A stretch of 64,000 nucleotides of DNA. Source: an uncultured Sphingobacteriales bacterium. Its GTDB lineage: Bacteria > Bacteroidota > Bacteroidia > CAILMK01 > CAYYUA01. This document shows, in pieces, positions 29,679 through 39,561 of the stretch. A model generated the notes under the pieces. That model was not told where the DNA came from. It searched no databases and saw only the letters and a program-made list of their open reading frames with translations. The stretch is from contig CAZIUI010000001.1 of assembly GCA_964542585.1 (NCBI GenBank), forward strand, positions 185,562 through 249,561, given 5' to 3'. Every line of letters begins with the position of its first letter. Position 1 is the first letter of the stretch. A program made the position numbers and the translations under genes.

Positions 29679-30548
29679 ATGATGAAATCAGTGTTTATCA
29701 TTCGTTCGTTAACTATAGGCGTTTTCCTTTTCACAACTGTTGGATGTGAACAGAAGGTAGAGAACGCAGCTATACCTGAACAAGAACCTTCTTACGCCGT
29801 AGAGGCGCAGTTATTCAGCGGGAAACAGCCAAAAGTTTTTATTTCACGCAGTAGCAGTATTCAGCAAGGCCTTAAAAACATCAACCCTTCCTCTATTTCA
29901 GCGTCCATCCTACGGGATGGAAAGCGAAAAGCCACCCTTTCCTATGGAGATAGTGGAGTATTCAGTACAAAAGATACGCTGAAACCTGGCGTCCGGTATA
30001 AGGTTAAGGTTAATGGTGATTTAGAGACAGCCACCGGTACTGCTCAAATCCCAAAGCCTGTAGCTATTAAGTCCTTAACCTTTGAGGATTCTGCATTAAA
30101 AGCTCCGGACGCGTCCATTGTTCATACTTTGGAAGTGGAATTCAAAGATCCGCCTGCATCCGCGGATCGTTACCTCATATCAGCTAAATTGAAAGATAGT
30201 ACCAGCAGTAACCGTATCGATTTAGACTATTTCAATCCAGCGGTAAGTTTTGGGTATGAGGAAAAGATGTTCTTAAAAGACCAAAGCTTTAATGGTGAAA
30301 ACTTTTCGGTACTCTTTTATGTGAACGGGGAAGAAAATCACCCGGATACCCTAAAACAAAAGATGGTGGTCAATCTTAAACATATTACTCAGGACTATTT
30401 TGAATACAATCAATCCCTTAATCGACAAGGTAACAGCTCAAGCACCAACCCCTTTTCAAGTGAGCCGGCCCTCAATCGTGGGAATGTTAGGAATGGACTG
30501 GGTTGTGTAGGAGGCCTTAGTGTTGATACCGCTAGTCTTTCCCCATGA
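29679..30548 (+). CDS. DUF4249-like lipoprotein partner of the TonB receptor
   Basis: Lipobox TVGC, ITQDYFEY, C-terminal EP..N.GNV.NGLG; 4 bp after the receptor gene. Confidence 0.8.
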   Translation: MMKSVFIIRSLTIGVFLFTTVGCEQKVENAAIPEQEPSYAVEAQLFSGKQPKVFISRSSSIQQGLKNINPSSISASILRDGKRKATLSYGDSGVFSTKDTLKPGVRYKVKVNGDLETATGTAQIPKPVAIKSLTFEDSALKAPDASIVHTLEVEFKDPPASADRYLISAKLKDSTSSNRIDLDYFNPAVSFGYEEKMFLKDQSFNGENFSVLFYVNGEENHPDTLKQKMVVNLKHITQDYFEYNQSLNRQGNSSSTNPFSSEPALNRGNVRNGLGCVGGLSVDTASLSP

Positions 30549-30719
30549 AATGATTACAGTTTTGAATTATTGCCAAAACCTAACCGAAAGTCATACTTTC
30601 CAAAACTTTGGGATCCGGGAATCTAGTAACGATATTTTATTGATTTAACTTTTGATAGGTTTGAAAAAGCTGTGTTAATATAATGCCAGGAGCCTTTCTC
30701 GTTTTGCTAACGAAAGCTT

Positions 30720-32253
30720 ATGCACTTTAGGAGTTATATCCTGCTTATCCCGTTGTTATTTGTAACCTCAACCGTTGAGCCCAGAATCAAGCGTTCTCTC
30801 AAGAAGCGAATTAGTTTTTCCACCAATATGTTGCTGATGGCCTTCTAAAGTACCGCTCCATCAGCCAAGACCCCGAGCAACTTGAGCGCCTCACACACCT
30901 AATTGCTAAAATTGATAAGCCAGAGGACTCCTAACGCGCAAAGCTTTTTACGTCAATGCGTATAACTTCCTAGCTATTAAGCAGATGATGGACCGCTACC
31001 CGATTGAAAGCCCAAAGGATATTCCATGTTTTTTTGAGGGGATTGAGCACAGGGTCCATAATCAGGCGGTATCGCGGGATAAGCTTGACAATGACCTGTT
31101 ATTCGGAAAATTTGATGAGCTGGGCCTTCACTTTAATCTAATTTGTGCAACGAAAGGTTGTCCACCTATCAAAGCGGGTGCTTTTCAGCCTGGCTAGCGG
31201 GATCAACAACCACCCCGATCACTCACCGACCCCCCGTTTATTCAACATCAGACTGGCTCCGCACAACCCGGAGTTTTCCGCATCCTGGACTGGTACAGGG
31301 ATGATTTTCTGACTGAAACCAATTCCCTGGTGGATTACATCAACCATTACCGTAAAAAAACCTGCCAGCCGATACCCGACTTGAATGCTATGACTATGAT
31401 TGGTCCCTGAACGAGAAGGAGGTTAAGCATGCGAAAACCCAATCAGGATCAAGCCTTGGTAGCCAGTATATAATAAGGCAGAGTGCAGGCTATTTACTAG
31501 ATGAAGGGGGCTTAGAGCTAATTCTCTTTAACAACCGCTACACACAGGAATATTTTTTCAATTCAAATGGGAAAAATTGGCCCTTAAGACCCGTTCCACC
31601 TTTTATTCGGAGATCGTGGAAGCCCTTTATGGGGTTGAATCACGCATAAATATTGGGTTTGATGCCTTTTACGAGGATGTACGCCAGGGAGACCGCCCTA
31701 TCAATACTTTTAGGTTTGAGAAAACTGCCAGTGCTCACCACACCTTAGCCGGGGTTATGCCCAAGCTAAAAGTTGCGCCCTTTAAAGGCTTTCAGGCTAT
31801 AACCGTGGAATTCGGTATATTGATCCCAACCGTGAGAGATCCGGAAAAAGATAACCATGACCGGCCTTTCCTCTCCAATGATGATTTCGAATGGTGGAAT
31901 GAAGTGTTTTAAGTCAACAATTTTTCGCCTAGGTTTGAGCTCTTTATATAGCTGATTACCATCTGGCGAATGGATGAGGCCGGCCCCTTTTCTGATTACT
32001 CTGCAGGTCGGACACTTGCACGGGTTTTCCTGTCTTGGTTTCCAGCAAACCAATGGTCCTTTTACGGAATGGCAGCTTTTAACCCTTTTGGAGTAGGCAA
32101 GGACTCTTATCAGCTTTTTATCAGAACGGTATTGGCATAAAATACCATTTTACCAATACTTTGGAAATAGAAGGTCTTTACACCAATTTCCTGCTAGGTA
32201 AAAACAGCGGAGGAAGCCAAACCTTCAATATCGGCCCGCGTCTTCAGCGGTAG
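30720..32253 (+). pseudogene. Decayed DUF547-domain protein with a C-terminal beta-barrel-like region
   Basis: Reading across frameshifts and stops gives a signal peptide (MHFRSYILLIPLLFV), KAFYVNAYN, HFNLICATKGCPPI, ILDWYRDDF, YDYDWSLNE, then alternating-strand sequence ending QTFNIGPRLQR*. ORFs 30985-31197 and 31577-31912 are its fragments. Confidence 0.8.
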
Positions 32254-33059
32254 TCTGGATGTAGATCCATTCAGATACACTACGCCAGGCTTATCACAAA
32301 TGCCCATGCTGATGGTTGTTGGAGGTTTATGCTATAATCGATCTGCGGGAAAGCATCGAAAACGGGCTTTTAAATAATCCGGATCTTGCCACAGTTATAA
32401 AGGCGGAGGTTTTTATGCTCCTCAAAATTCTGAAATCTACCACCAGGATGGAACTAAGTTCCAAGTTCAGCAAACCCCAGGCCCTGAATAGTACCAAAGT
32501 ATTCTCCTACAAGGTATGCCTTTACCCTGTATGGCAAAACTCTTCACTAGTCCGATCTTCTTTTTAACAACCCTTACGTTGACTGAATTGTTCGGCACAA
32601 ACGGTGCAGAAAGGGTTTCGCGGTTAGTAGAGAGCCTTGGCCGCAAACGGTTAATCCAATCACCCAGCTCAACAATCCGCTTAAAGCATTTCAGGTCATT
32701 GAAAAAGCGGTCAAAACAAGACCCCTCCCTATGTAAACCAATACACTCTCAGCTGCTGCTAATGGTACCACCACTATCTACTACAAAGGGGAGCTTAATT
32801 TTGAAAAAGCCTGGCCTAATTTCACGATTGATCTTAAGCCGATCCCCTAGTAGGCCCATCATAAATCCAAAAGGTTATGGAGGTGTTGCCATTGGTCCCG
32901 GTTCGTAGGAGCGATTTTAAAGCCACCCTTAAATAAGTTATATCAAAAGATACTTGAAACAAAGCAACAACATTCCTAATCGTTAGCAATTGACCTCATT
33001 CCACTCGCGTCTAAAGGGTTAAAGGTACTTTGTACTGGTCAGATAACTTTAAAAAAGTC

Positions 33060-33344
33060 TCATTCACCCTCTTGATGATCCTGATCCTCTTCATGATTGC
33101 TGCTCTGCACGTCCATAAAATACTTACCCATGGCCAAGCCTCCTAATAAAATGGCAATCAGACCTGTGTAGAGCCCATCTTTCCAAAACTGATAGGCCAA
33201 AAAAACCGCAATCAATAGAAAAAATCCGGCATTCAAATAAAGGTTATAGGCCTTAAAAGTAGCATTCCGGCTTACAAGCAATGCTTTTAACAGGAATAGC
33301 AGCATCAGGCCTAAAGCATAGTACTGCTCAACACTGAAGTTCAT
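33060..33344 (-). CDS. Small hypothetical membrane protein
   Basis: 94 aa, three hydrophobic segments, acidic tail; 17 bp downstream of dprA on the same strand. Confidence 0.7.
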   Translation of the reverse strand: MNFSVEQYYALGLMLLFLLKALLVSRNATFKAYNLYLNAGFFLLIAVFLAYQFWKDGLYTGLIAILLGGLAMGKYFMDVQSSNHEEDQDHQEGE

Positions 33345-33361
33345 TTAACAAAAATAATGCT

Positions 33362-34465
33362 TTAGGCTGGTCGGTAAATTTGACCAGGGAGGGCCCTTAC
33401 AAGACCTTTTAGTTCCATGTTAAAAAGGATCACATTGATCTGGGATACTGCATAGCCACTTTGATGCGCGATTTGATCAATGTGCAATTGATCATGATCA
33501 GCCATTAATCCCAGAATTGTAGCTTCTTCTGACGTTTGCTCCACCTGATTTTTTGGTTGTTGACGTTCATGGTCAAGCTTTTCATGCATATCCCAACCAA
33601 GGTGATAGGCCACATCAGCTGGCTCCTCAATAAGATAAGCTTTATGGTTTTTTATTAGAGAATGGCAACCGGCAGCATTCTGATCACCTACCCGCCCAGG
33701 TACTGCCATCACTTCTCTGTTATAGGAATCAGCAACATCAGCGGTAATCAAAGCGCCCCCCTTTTCTCCCGTTTCTACCACTATTAGCCCATCCAACAAA
33801 CCAGCAATAATCCGGTTTCTGGCTGGGAAATTGTCTTTGATTGTTAGGTTCTGGGTATTGTATTCAGTTAATAAACCACCCGTTTCTTGCATCCGCCGGG
33901 CAAGGTTCTCATTTTTTGCCGGATAAGTCATGTGCAACCCGTGGCCTAGAACAGCAACCGTAGAAAGCCCTTGTTTTAAAGCGGTGTGATGGGCTATTTC
34001 ATCAATACCATGGGCCAGGCCGCTGATAACTACCGGCTTGTACTGGGCTAAGCCTGCTATAAGCTCTTTACAACGGTCACGACCATAGGTTGTGGCTTTG
34101 CGAGTACCCACAATGCCCAGAACGTTGGGTTTGTTCAAAACATCCTCCCCCTTGTAAAACATCATAACCGGAGCGTCATTGAGGTCTTTTAAGCGCTGTG
34201 GATAATCCTCATTGAGGAAATACAAGGGTTTAACGTTAGATCGGTTCAGAAACGCTATTTCCTGATCAATCAATTTTTGTGATACCTGACCCATTCCAGA
34301 TACTGTTTTCTGGCCAATTCCTGGAATTCTTTGGAGCTTCTCGGGCTTGTCTTTTAATACGGCCTGAGGTGAGCCACAGTAAGCTATAAGATTTTTCAGG
34401 TTCACCGCACCCAGATTGGGTGTCATCTGTAAGATTAATAAGCTACGTAGGGTGTCTTCATCCAT
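33362..34465 (-). CDS. dprA: DNA-processing protein DprA/Smf
   Basis: IVGTRKAT, ISGLAHGIDEIAH, NFPARNRIIAGL, VETGEKGGALITA, C-terminal winged helix. Confidence 0.96.
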   Translation of the reverse strand: MDEDTLRSLLILQMTPNLGAVNLKNLIAYCGSPQAVLKDKPEKLQRIPGIGQKTVSGMGQVSQKLIDQEIAFLNRSNVKPLYFLNEDYPQRLKDLNDAPVMMFYKGEDVLNKPNVLGIVGTRKATTYGRDRCKELIAGLAQYKPVVISGLAHGIDEIAHHTALKQGLSTVAVLGHGLHMTYPAKNENLARRMQETGGLLTEYNTQNLTIKDNFPARNRIIAGLLDGLIVVETGEKGGALITADVADSYNREVMAVPGRVGDQNAAGCHSLIKNHKAYLIEEPADVAYHLGWDMHEKLDHERQQPKNQVEQTSEEATILGLMADHDQLHIDQIAHQSGYAVSQINVILFNMELKGLVRALPGQIYRPA

Positions 34466-34623
34466 TTCTAGTATTATCTATGACTTATGACAAAGCCAAT
34501 TTAAAACAAGCAATAGCAACCACCATAATTTAAGCCATGATTTAGCATTTAATACTACTTCATTTGCGCAATATTTGACCTGAAAAATTCTGCGGTAAAG
34601 CACAGTAGGATTGTTTCATGGGT

Positions 34624-34631
34624 TATATTTG
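34624..34631 (+). promoter_or_regulatory. -7 promoter element (TATATTTG) for the Lon-like protease gene
   Basis: TAnnTTTG 24 nt before ATG 34656. Confidence 0.55.
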
Positions 34632-34655
34632 TCGTAAATTCAAGAGATAAATATT

Positions 34656-37073
34656 ATGACCAAGCCTCTTGCCAAAAATGAGTTACGCCATCACGCTACC
34701 AATGATGAAGTTCAGGAACCTGATAATTCAACCATACCTCCCATATCTACGATCATAGGGCAAGACCGTGCCGTCAAGGCCTTACAATTTGGTCTGGGCA
34801 TACAAGGTCAAGGTTTTAACATTTTTATATCCGGCGAGGACGGTACTGGAAAGACTTCTGCTGCACAGCGCTTTTTAGACCAGATAGCAGAAAATCAGGA
34901 AGTCCCTGGTGATTGGGTTTATGTTAATAACTTCCAAGACACCTATCGGCCTTGCGCAATTGCTTTTCCACCCGGCCAAGCCCGGATTTTCCGGCAGGAT
35001 ATGAAAAACCTGATTGACAATGTCAGCGGGCAAATAACTGAGGCATTTGATAGTGAAGATTATGCTAACAAAAAGGATGAGATTACACAGCGATACCAGC
35101 AGGAAAAGGACAACTTGTTTCGCGAAGTAAGCGAATACGCAAGGAAGAACAACTTCGCAATACAACAATCAGCAAAAGGCTTCGAAACAGTAGCCCTCAA
35201 TCAGGAAGGCAAGCCCATACAAAGCCAGGAGTATAACCAGCTATCTGAGGAGGAACGTCAGCAGATAGACAACACAGCACAGGAAATACAACAAAATCTG
35301 AAAGCCACGGTCCGAAAAATCCATAAGCTGGATCGCCAACAGGCGAATGAAATTGAGCAGTTGGATCAGGACGTGGCTACGTATGGCATTGAATCCCTAT
35401 TTGATGAAGTAAGGGATAAATATGAGCAAGTGAATGGTGTGAGCGACTACCTGGATGAGGTCATGAACGAGATACTGGATAACCTGAGCTTTTTCCGCGA
35501 TAGTGGTTCCGGTCAGGATCAGCAGAATCCCTATTTTGCTATGCAGGTACAGCGGTTTATGAAACAGTTTGAGGTAAATGCCTTAGTGGACAACGGCCAC
35601 CAACATGGCGCACCCGTCATTAAGGAGAATAATCCAACTTACAACAATCTGTTCGGTCGTATTGAGCAGGAGGCCAATTTCGGCTCCATGGAAACGGATT
35701 TCACTTTGTTAAGGGAAGGATCTATTCACCGCGCAAATGGGGGCTACCTTATAATACCTGTGGTGGACCTGCTGCAAAATATGTTTTCCTGGGAAAGCCT
35801 GATCAATGCTTTGAAGAGCCAGTCCATTGTCATGCAGGAACCTTCGGAAAAGCTCGGGTATGTGGCTACTAAGAGCCTCAGCCCGGAACCGATACCATTG
35901 GATGTTAAGGTAATCCTGATCGGTTTACCCTCTCATTACCAAACATTGTATAAAATGGTAGATGATTTCCGGAAACTCTTCAAAGTGAAATCGGATTTTG
36001 ACTCTCAAATGGACCGTACTCCAGAGAACGTTCAGAATTTTTTGGGCTTTTTATCCATGTGTTGCCAGAATCAGGGCAAAAACCATCATTTAGTTGAGCG
36101 AAGTGGCATGAGAAAAATGGTGGAACATGCAGCTCGAATGGCAGGGCATCAGGATAAGTTATCCACACGCTTTCAGCAATTACAGGACTTACTAAGCGAA
36201 GCCAACTACTACACTAAGCAAAACGGTAATTCCACCATCACTGAGCAAGAAGTTCAGAAAGCCTTGGAAGAACAGACTTACAGGTCTAACCTGATTCAGG
36301 AAAAAGTTCAGGATTTGATCAAGGAAGGAACATTTAAAATCGATGTCCAGGGCGCTAAAACTGGGGAGATCAATGGCCTGGCGGTTTTAGATACGGGAGA
36401 TTTCAGCTTTGGCCGCCCCAATAAGATCACCTGTACCATAGGTTATGGGAAAGGAAACATCCTGGACATAGAAAGAGAGGCACAAATGGGAGGCCCTTTG
36501 CATACCAAAGGGGTATTGATATTGAGTGGCTATCTTATTGAAAAATACAGCTTGAAACAACCGCTTAGCTTATCACTGCGCTTGGTTTTTGAACAGAACT
36601 ATTCCGGTGTAGACGGGGATAGTGCCTCCAGTGCTGAAGCTTACGCTGTATTATCGGTCATTAGTCAAATACCTATTAAGCAGGGATTAGCAGTTACCGG
36701 GTCGGTAAATCAAAAAGGTGAAGTTCAACCCATTGGTGGCGTCAATCAAAAAATTGAGGGCTTTTATGAAGTCTGCAAACAAAATGGCTTAACAGGCGAA
36801 CAGGGTGTTCTTATCCCAAAAAGCAACCAGAAAAACCTTATGCTTAAAGAAGAAGTAGTTGAAGCCTGTGAAAAGGGCCAATTCAATATTTATCCAGTTG
36901 AGCGTATTGATGAAGGATTTGCCCTGCTTACGGGCTATGAGGCGGGTACCATTAATGATAATGGGGTATATCCTGAAGATACTTTTAACCGAATAGTTAT
37001 GGATCAGGTCAAGGCATACCATGAGCAGTATAAAGCGTTTGATAGTAGCACCAATGGCCATGATGATAATTAA
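34656..37073 (+). CDS. LonC-type (AAA + Lon protease domain, family S16) protease
   Basis: IIGQDRA, GEDGTGKT, YVNNF, long coiled-coil insertion, GSIHRANGGYL, HTKGVLILSGYL, VDGDSASSAE (Ser), QPIGGVNQKIEGF (Lys). Confidence 0.9.
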   Translation: MTKPLAKNELRHHATNDEVQEPDNSTIPPISTIIGQDRAVKALQFGLGIQGQGFNIFISGEDGTGKTSAAQRFLDQIAENQEVPGDWVYVNNFQDTYRPCAIAFPPGQARIFRQDMKNLIDNVSGQITEAFDSEDYANKKDEITQRYQQEKDNLFREVSEYARKNNFAIQQSAKGFETVALNQEGKPIQSQEYNQLSEEERQQIDNTAQEIQQNLKATVRKIHKLDRQQANEIEQLDQDVATYGIESLFDEVRDKYEQVNGVSDYLDEVMNEILDNLSFFRDSGSGQDQQNPYFAMQVQRFMKQFEVNALVDNGHQHGAPVIKENNPTYNNLFGRIEQEANFGSMETDFTLLREGSIHRANGGYLIIPVVDLLQNMFSWESLINALKSQSIVMQEPSEKLGYVATKSLSPEPIPLDVKVILIGLPSHYQTLYKMVDDFRKLFKVKSDFDSQMDRTPENVQNFLGFLSMCCQNQGKNHHLVERSGMRKMVEHAARMAGHQDKLSTRFQQLQDLLSEANYYTKQNGNSTITEQEVQKALEEQTYRSNLIQEKVQDLIKEGTFKIDVQGAKTGEINGLAVLDTGDFSFGRPNKITCTIGYGKGNILDIEREAQMGGPLHTKGVLILSGYLIEKYSLKQPLSLSLRLVFEQNYSGVDGDSASSAEAYAVLSVISQIPIKQGLAVTGSVNQKGEVQPIGGVNQKIEGFYEVCKQNGLTGEQGVLIPKSNQKNLMLKEEVVEACEKGQFNIYPVERIDEGFALLTGYEAGTINDNGVYPEDTFNRIVMDQVKAYHEQYKAFDSSTNGHDDN

Positions 37074-37090
37074 GCAGACCCTTTATAACA

Positions 37091-37124
37091 AAAAAAGCGC
37101 CCTGTTTTTACAGAACGCTTTTTT
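37091..37124. terminator. Bidirectional intrinsic terminator
   Basis: AAAAAAGCG...CGCTTTTTT inverted repeat between convergent genes. Confidence 0.75.
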
Positions 37125-37155
37125 ATTTTGAATCCAGCACTGGTATTTAAAGAAG

Positions 37156-38601
37156 CTATTGTTTAATAATACGCTTAGTCACGATAGATTGATCAGCTTC
37201 AAGGGTTAATAAATAAATGCCGGACGATAAATTGCCTAACCCACTCCAGTTCAATTGATTACCGCCATCCACTAGCGAAAATTGCTTCTGCATTTTAACA
37301 TTTCCAGCCAATGACCGAATTTGTAACCTTCCAGTTTGGCCTTTGACACCTTTGAGCTTAAGGCTTATTTGGTTTAAGATGGGGTTTGGATAGACCTTAA
37401 CAATGGCTAATTGTAAATTTTGTATTGAACTCTTCACCTGTAAAGCCTTGATTTCCGAATATTCAAAAGAACCATCATGGTCTACCTGCTTTAAACGGTA
37501 ATAGTAAGTCCCTGATGATGCCATATCATCCTGGAATGTGTAGGTCTTTGGTTCATAGCTTGTACCAAAACCTCTTTTTTTGCCAATGTTTTTAAAATCC
37601 CCGTCTGGTGAACGGCGCTGAATGAGAAAATGGCTGTTATTGGTTTCAGTGGCTGTTTTCCAGTTGAGGGTAACCTCTTCTTTATCCTCAGATACATTGA
37701 AATAAACAATTTCTACCGGAAGGGCTCCTCCACCACTTTTGGAACCAAAAGTAAAAGGGCTGAAATTATTTGTTGGCGGGCTGGTCACATAACCATCCCC
37801 TGCTAAACTCCCACCGGTACCGGTATTTCCATAATTTTCCCACTTGCTTCCACTAAAATGAGCGACACGCAGATTCCCTTTTGAAACAATTTGTGAAAAA
37901 TCGGTTCCGCTCCCGCTGTTCCAGAATAATGTAACCCGCACTTCTTGGTTTAAAGTAGTATTGGGAGAAATCTCAAAGTATTCTGCGCTACTTATGTCAC
38001 TTAAGTTAGGAGAAATAGTTGAACCTTTAGAAGTCTTAGGATTGGTTTCATTTTTACTAACAGTAAATGATTTTCCACTTGGCACATTACCTAAAGCTAT
38101 TGCCCCTTTACCACCTGAATTGTCCAGTGGATAAACCAAACTATCGCTATTGGATCCAGGAAATGTAACAGGGCCGGAGAAATCGCCATTACGAAAGTTT
38201 TTCAATTCACTGTTATTTCCTGTTAATTTCAAACCTCCATTGATAACGATTGTACCGTTGGCTGCGTCAAAATTACCTCTAACTTCCAAGTTGGTGCCAG
38301 TAACAATGGTAAATTTTGGATTTCCACTACCGCTATTACTAAAGGAAATATTCGAAATTTTTCCACTACCCTTGCTTCCATTAAAAGTAACATCATGGCG
38401 TATGATTACATTATCATTAGGTTGTGGAACTTTATTGGTATTCCAAGTCGCCCTATCGCTCCAACTACCGGATGAAGTGCTCTTGGTTTGTCCTATTGAA
38501 AAGCTAGAAAAAGAAACCATTAAAAGGAAAACTACAATACTTTTAAAAGAACAATTTAAGCAACCTGCTATTTTGGAGGTTTTCAAATTCGTGAATAACA
38601 T
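37156..38601 (-). CDS. T9SS type A C-terminal-domain secreted protein
   Basis: SGSWSDRATW G8-like start, LPVEIVYF...LNWKTATETNNSHF..YYRLKQVDHDG domain, CTD VYPNP...LSSGIYLL...KRIIKQ. Confidence 0.9.
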   Translation of the reverse strand: MLFTNLKTSKIAGCLNCSFKSIVVFLLMVSFSSFSIGQTKSTSSGSWSDRATWNTNKVPQPNDNVIIRHDVTFNGSKGSGKISNISFSNSGSGNPKFTIVTGTNLEVRGNFDAANGTIVINGGLKLTGNNSELKNFRNGDFSGPVTFPGSNSDSLVYPLDNSGGKGAIALGNVPSGKSFTVSKNETNPKTSKGSTISPNLSDISSAEYFEISPNTTLNQEVRVTLFWNSGSGTDFSQIVSKGNLRVAHFSGSKWENYGNTGTGGSLAGDGYVTSPPTNNFSPFTFGSKSGGGALPVEIVYFNVSEDKEEVTLNWKTATETNNSHFLIQRRSPDGDFKNIGKKRGFGTSYEPKTYTFQDDMASSGTYYYRLKQVDHDGSFEYSEIKALQVKSSIQNLQLAIVKVYPNPILNQISLKLKGVKGQTGRLQIRSLAGNVKMQKQFSLVDGGNQLNWSGLGNLSSGIYLLTLEADQSIVTKRIIKQ

Positions 38602-39015
38602 CGATATTTATTAATGTGTTAAAACATTAAAAGTAAAAAAGTCTGAATTAGTTTATGAGTTTTTTACTTTTTCGATAAATTGAATTTTTATTAGATTAAA
38701 AGCTTTATTTATCGATGAATAAACCACTAAGTTTCATTGCTATACTTGCTAACATAATGGCCAGAAGTTGGAGTGGTAAAAGTTATAACGATGCTAATTG
38801 AGCAACTTGGAAATAGGGTTTTTGATAGCGGGGTATTGAGCTAGCTATCATACCTATTAGTATTGACCACCTAAAGTAACTGTTTTAGCCATTGGTATAA
38901 AAAGAGACTAGCCTTAGCCCCTTTAATTACCCTTTAAAAGGTATTTGAAAACTTTATGTAGACCTTGTGCATTTAAATTTTAACTATTGTCGCAGCTTAG
39001 GTTATCTTAAGCTGT

Positions 39016-39023
39016 TACATTTG
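39016..39023 (+). promoter_or_regulatory. -7 promoter element (TACATTTG) for the pspC-domain gene
   Basis: TAnnTTTG 17 nt before ATG 39041. Confidence 0.55.
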
Positions 39024-39040
39024 TATCAAACTCGGTAATT

Positions 39041-39532
39041 ATGGAAGAATTACGGCGAAAAACAAGTAGTGCAATTATTGCTGGCGTTTCAGCCGGATTA
39101 GCTAAATACTTCAACACTAGTCCGCTGTTATTCAGGATCTTATTCATTTTAGCAGCATTTTGGGCTGGGACGGGAATTCTGATTTATGCCATCCTTTGGA
39201 TAAGCTTGCCGAGCGACCTGCTGCCAGCTAATGATCCTGAGCCAGTGAAAAATAACCAAAACCGAGCTGATAAAAATTCAAATTCAGCGGGGAATACCCT
39301 AAGTACAGGCCTGGTTTTGATCACTTTAGGGATACTTTTTTTGTTAGAAACCTACATTCCTGCTTTCTATTTTGAGAAATGCTGGCCAGTGTTGCTGATT
39401 CTTTTGGGAGTTATTCTATTACTGAATAGCATAAAGAACGGGTCGGGTAGCCAAAATAGCGAAGCCATCAATAAGGATCAAGCAGATCACAAACAGTCAG
39501 GGGCTCCACAATCCTGGAATGATGCTACATGA
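39041..39532 (+). CDS. PspC-domain membrane protein with C-terminal LiaF/DUF5668-like TM pair
   Basis: IAGVSAGLAKYF...RILF...IYAILWI PspC motif; GLVLITLGILFLL...WPVLLILLG. Confidence 0.88.
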   Translation: MEELRRKTSSAIIAGVSAGLAKYFNTSPLLFRILFILAAFWAGTGILIYAILWISLPSDLLPANDPEPVKNNQNRADKNSNSAGNTLSTGLVLITLGILFLLETYIPAFYFEKCWPVLLILLGVILLLNSIKNGSGSQNSEAINKDQADHKQSGAPQSWNDAT

Positions 39533-39561
39533 TCGGCAAGAAGTAGAAAAAAGCTTTTAAC

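Noticed and set aside
30720-32253. Programmed frameshifting or stop-codon recoding in the DUF547 locus
   Set aside because: There are too many independent lesions (several stops and frameshifts), and neighbouring genes use TAG/TAA/TGA as normal stops.
34656-37073. ComM/YifB helicase, suggested by adjacency to dprA
   Set aside because: The domain order (AAA first, C-terminal Lon domain with intact Ser-Lys) and motifs fit LonC, not ComM.
38150-38614. 154-aa antisense ORF within the T9SS gene, and the other 60-150 aa ORFs nested in or opposite long genes
   Set aside because: They are shadow frames of well-supported genes and show no recognisable motifs.
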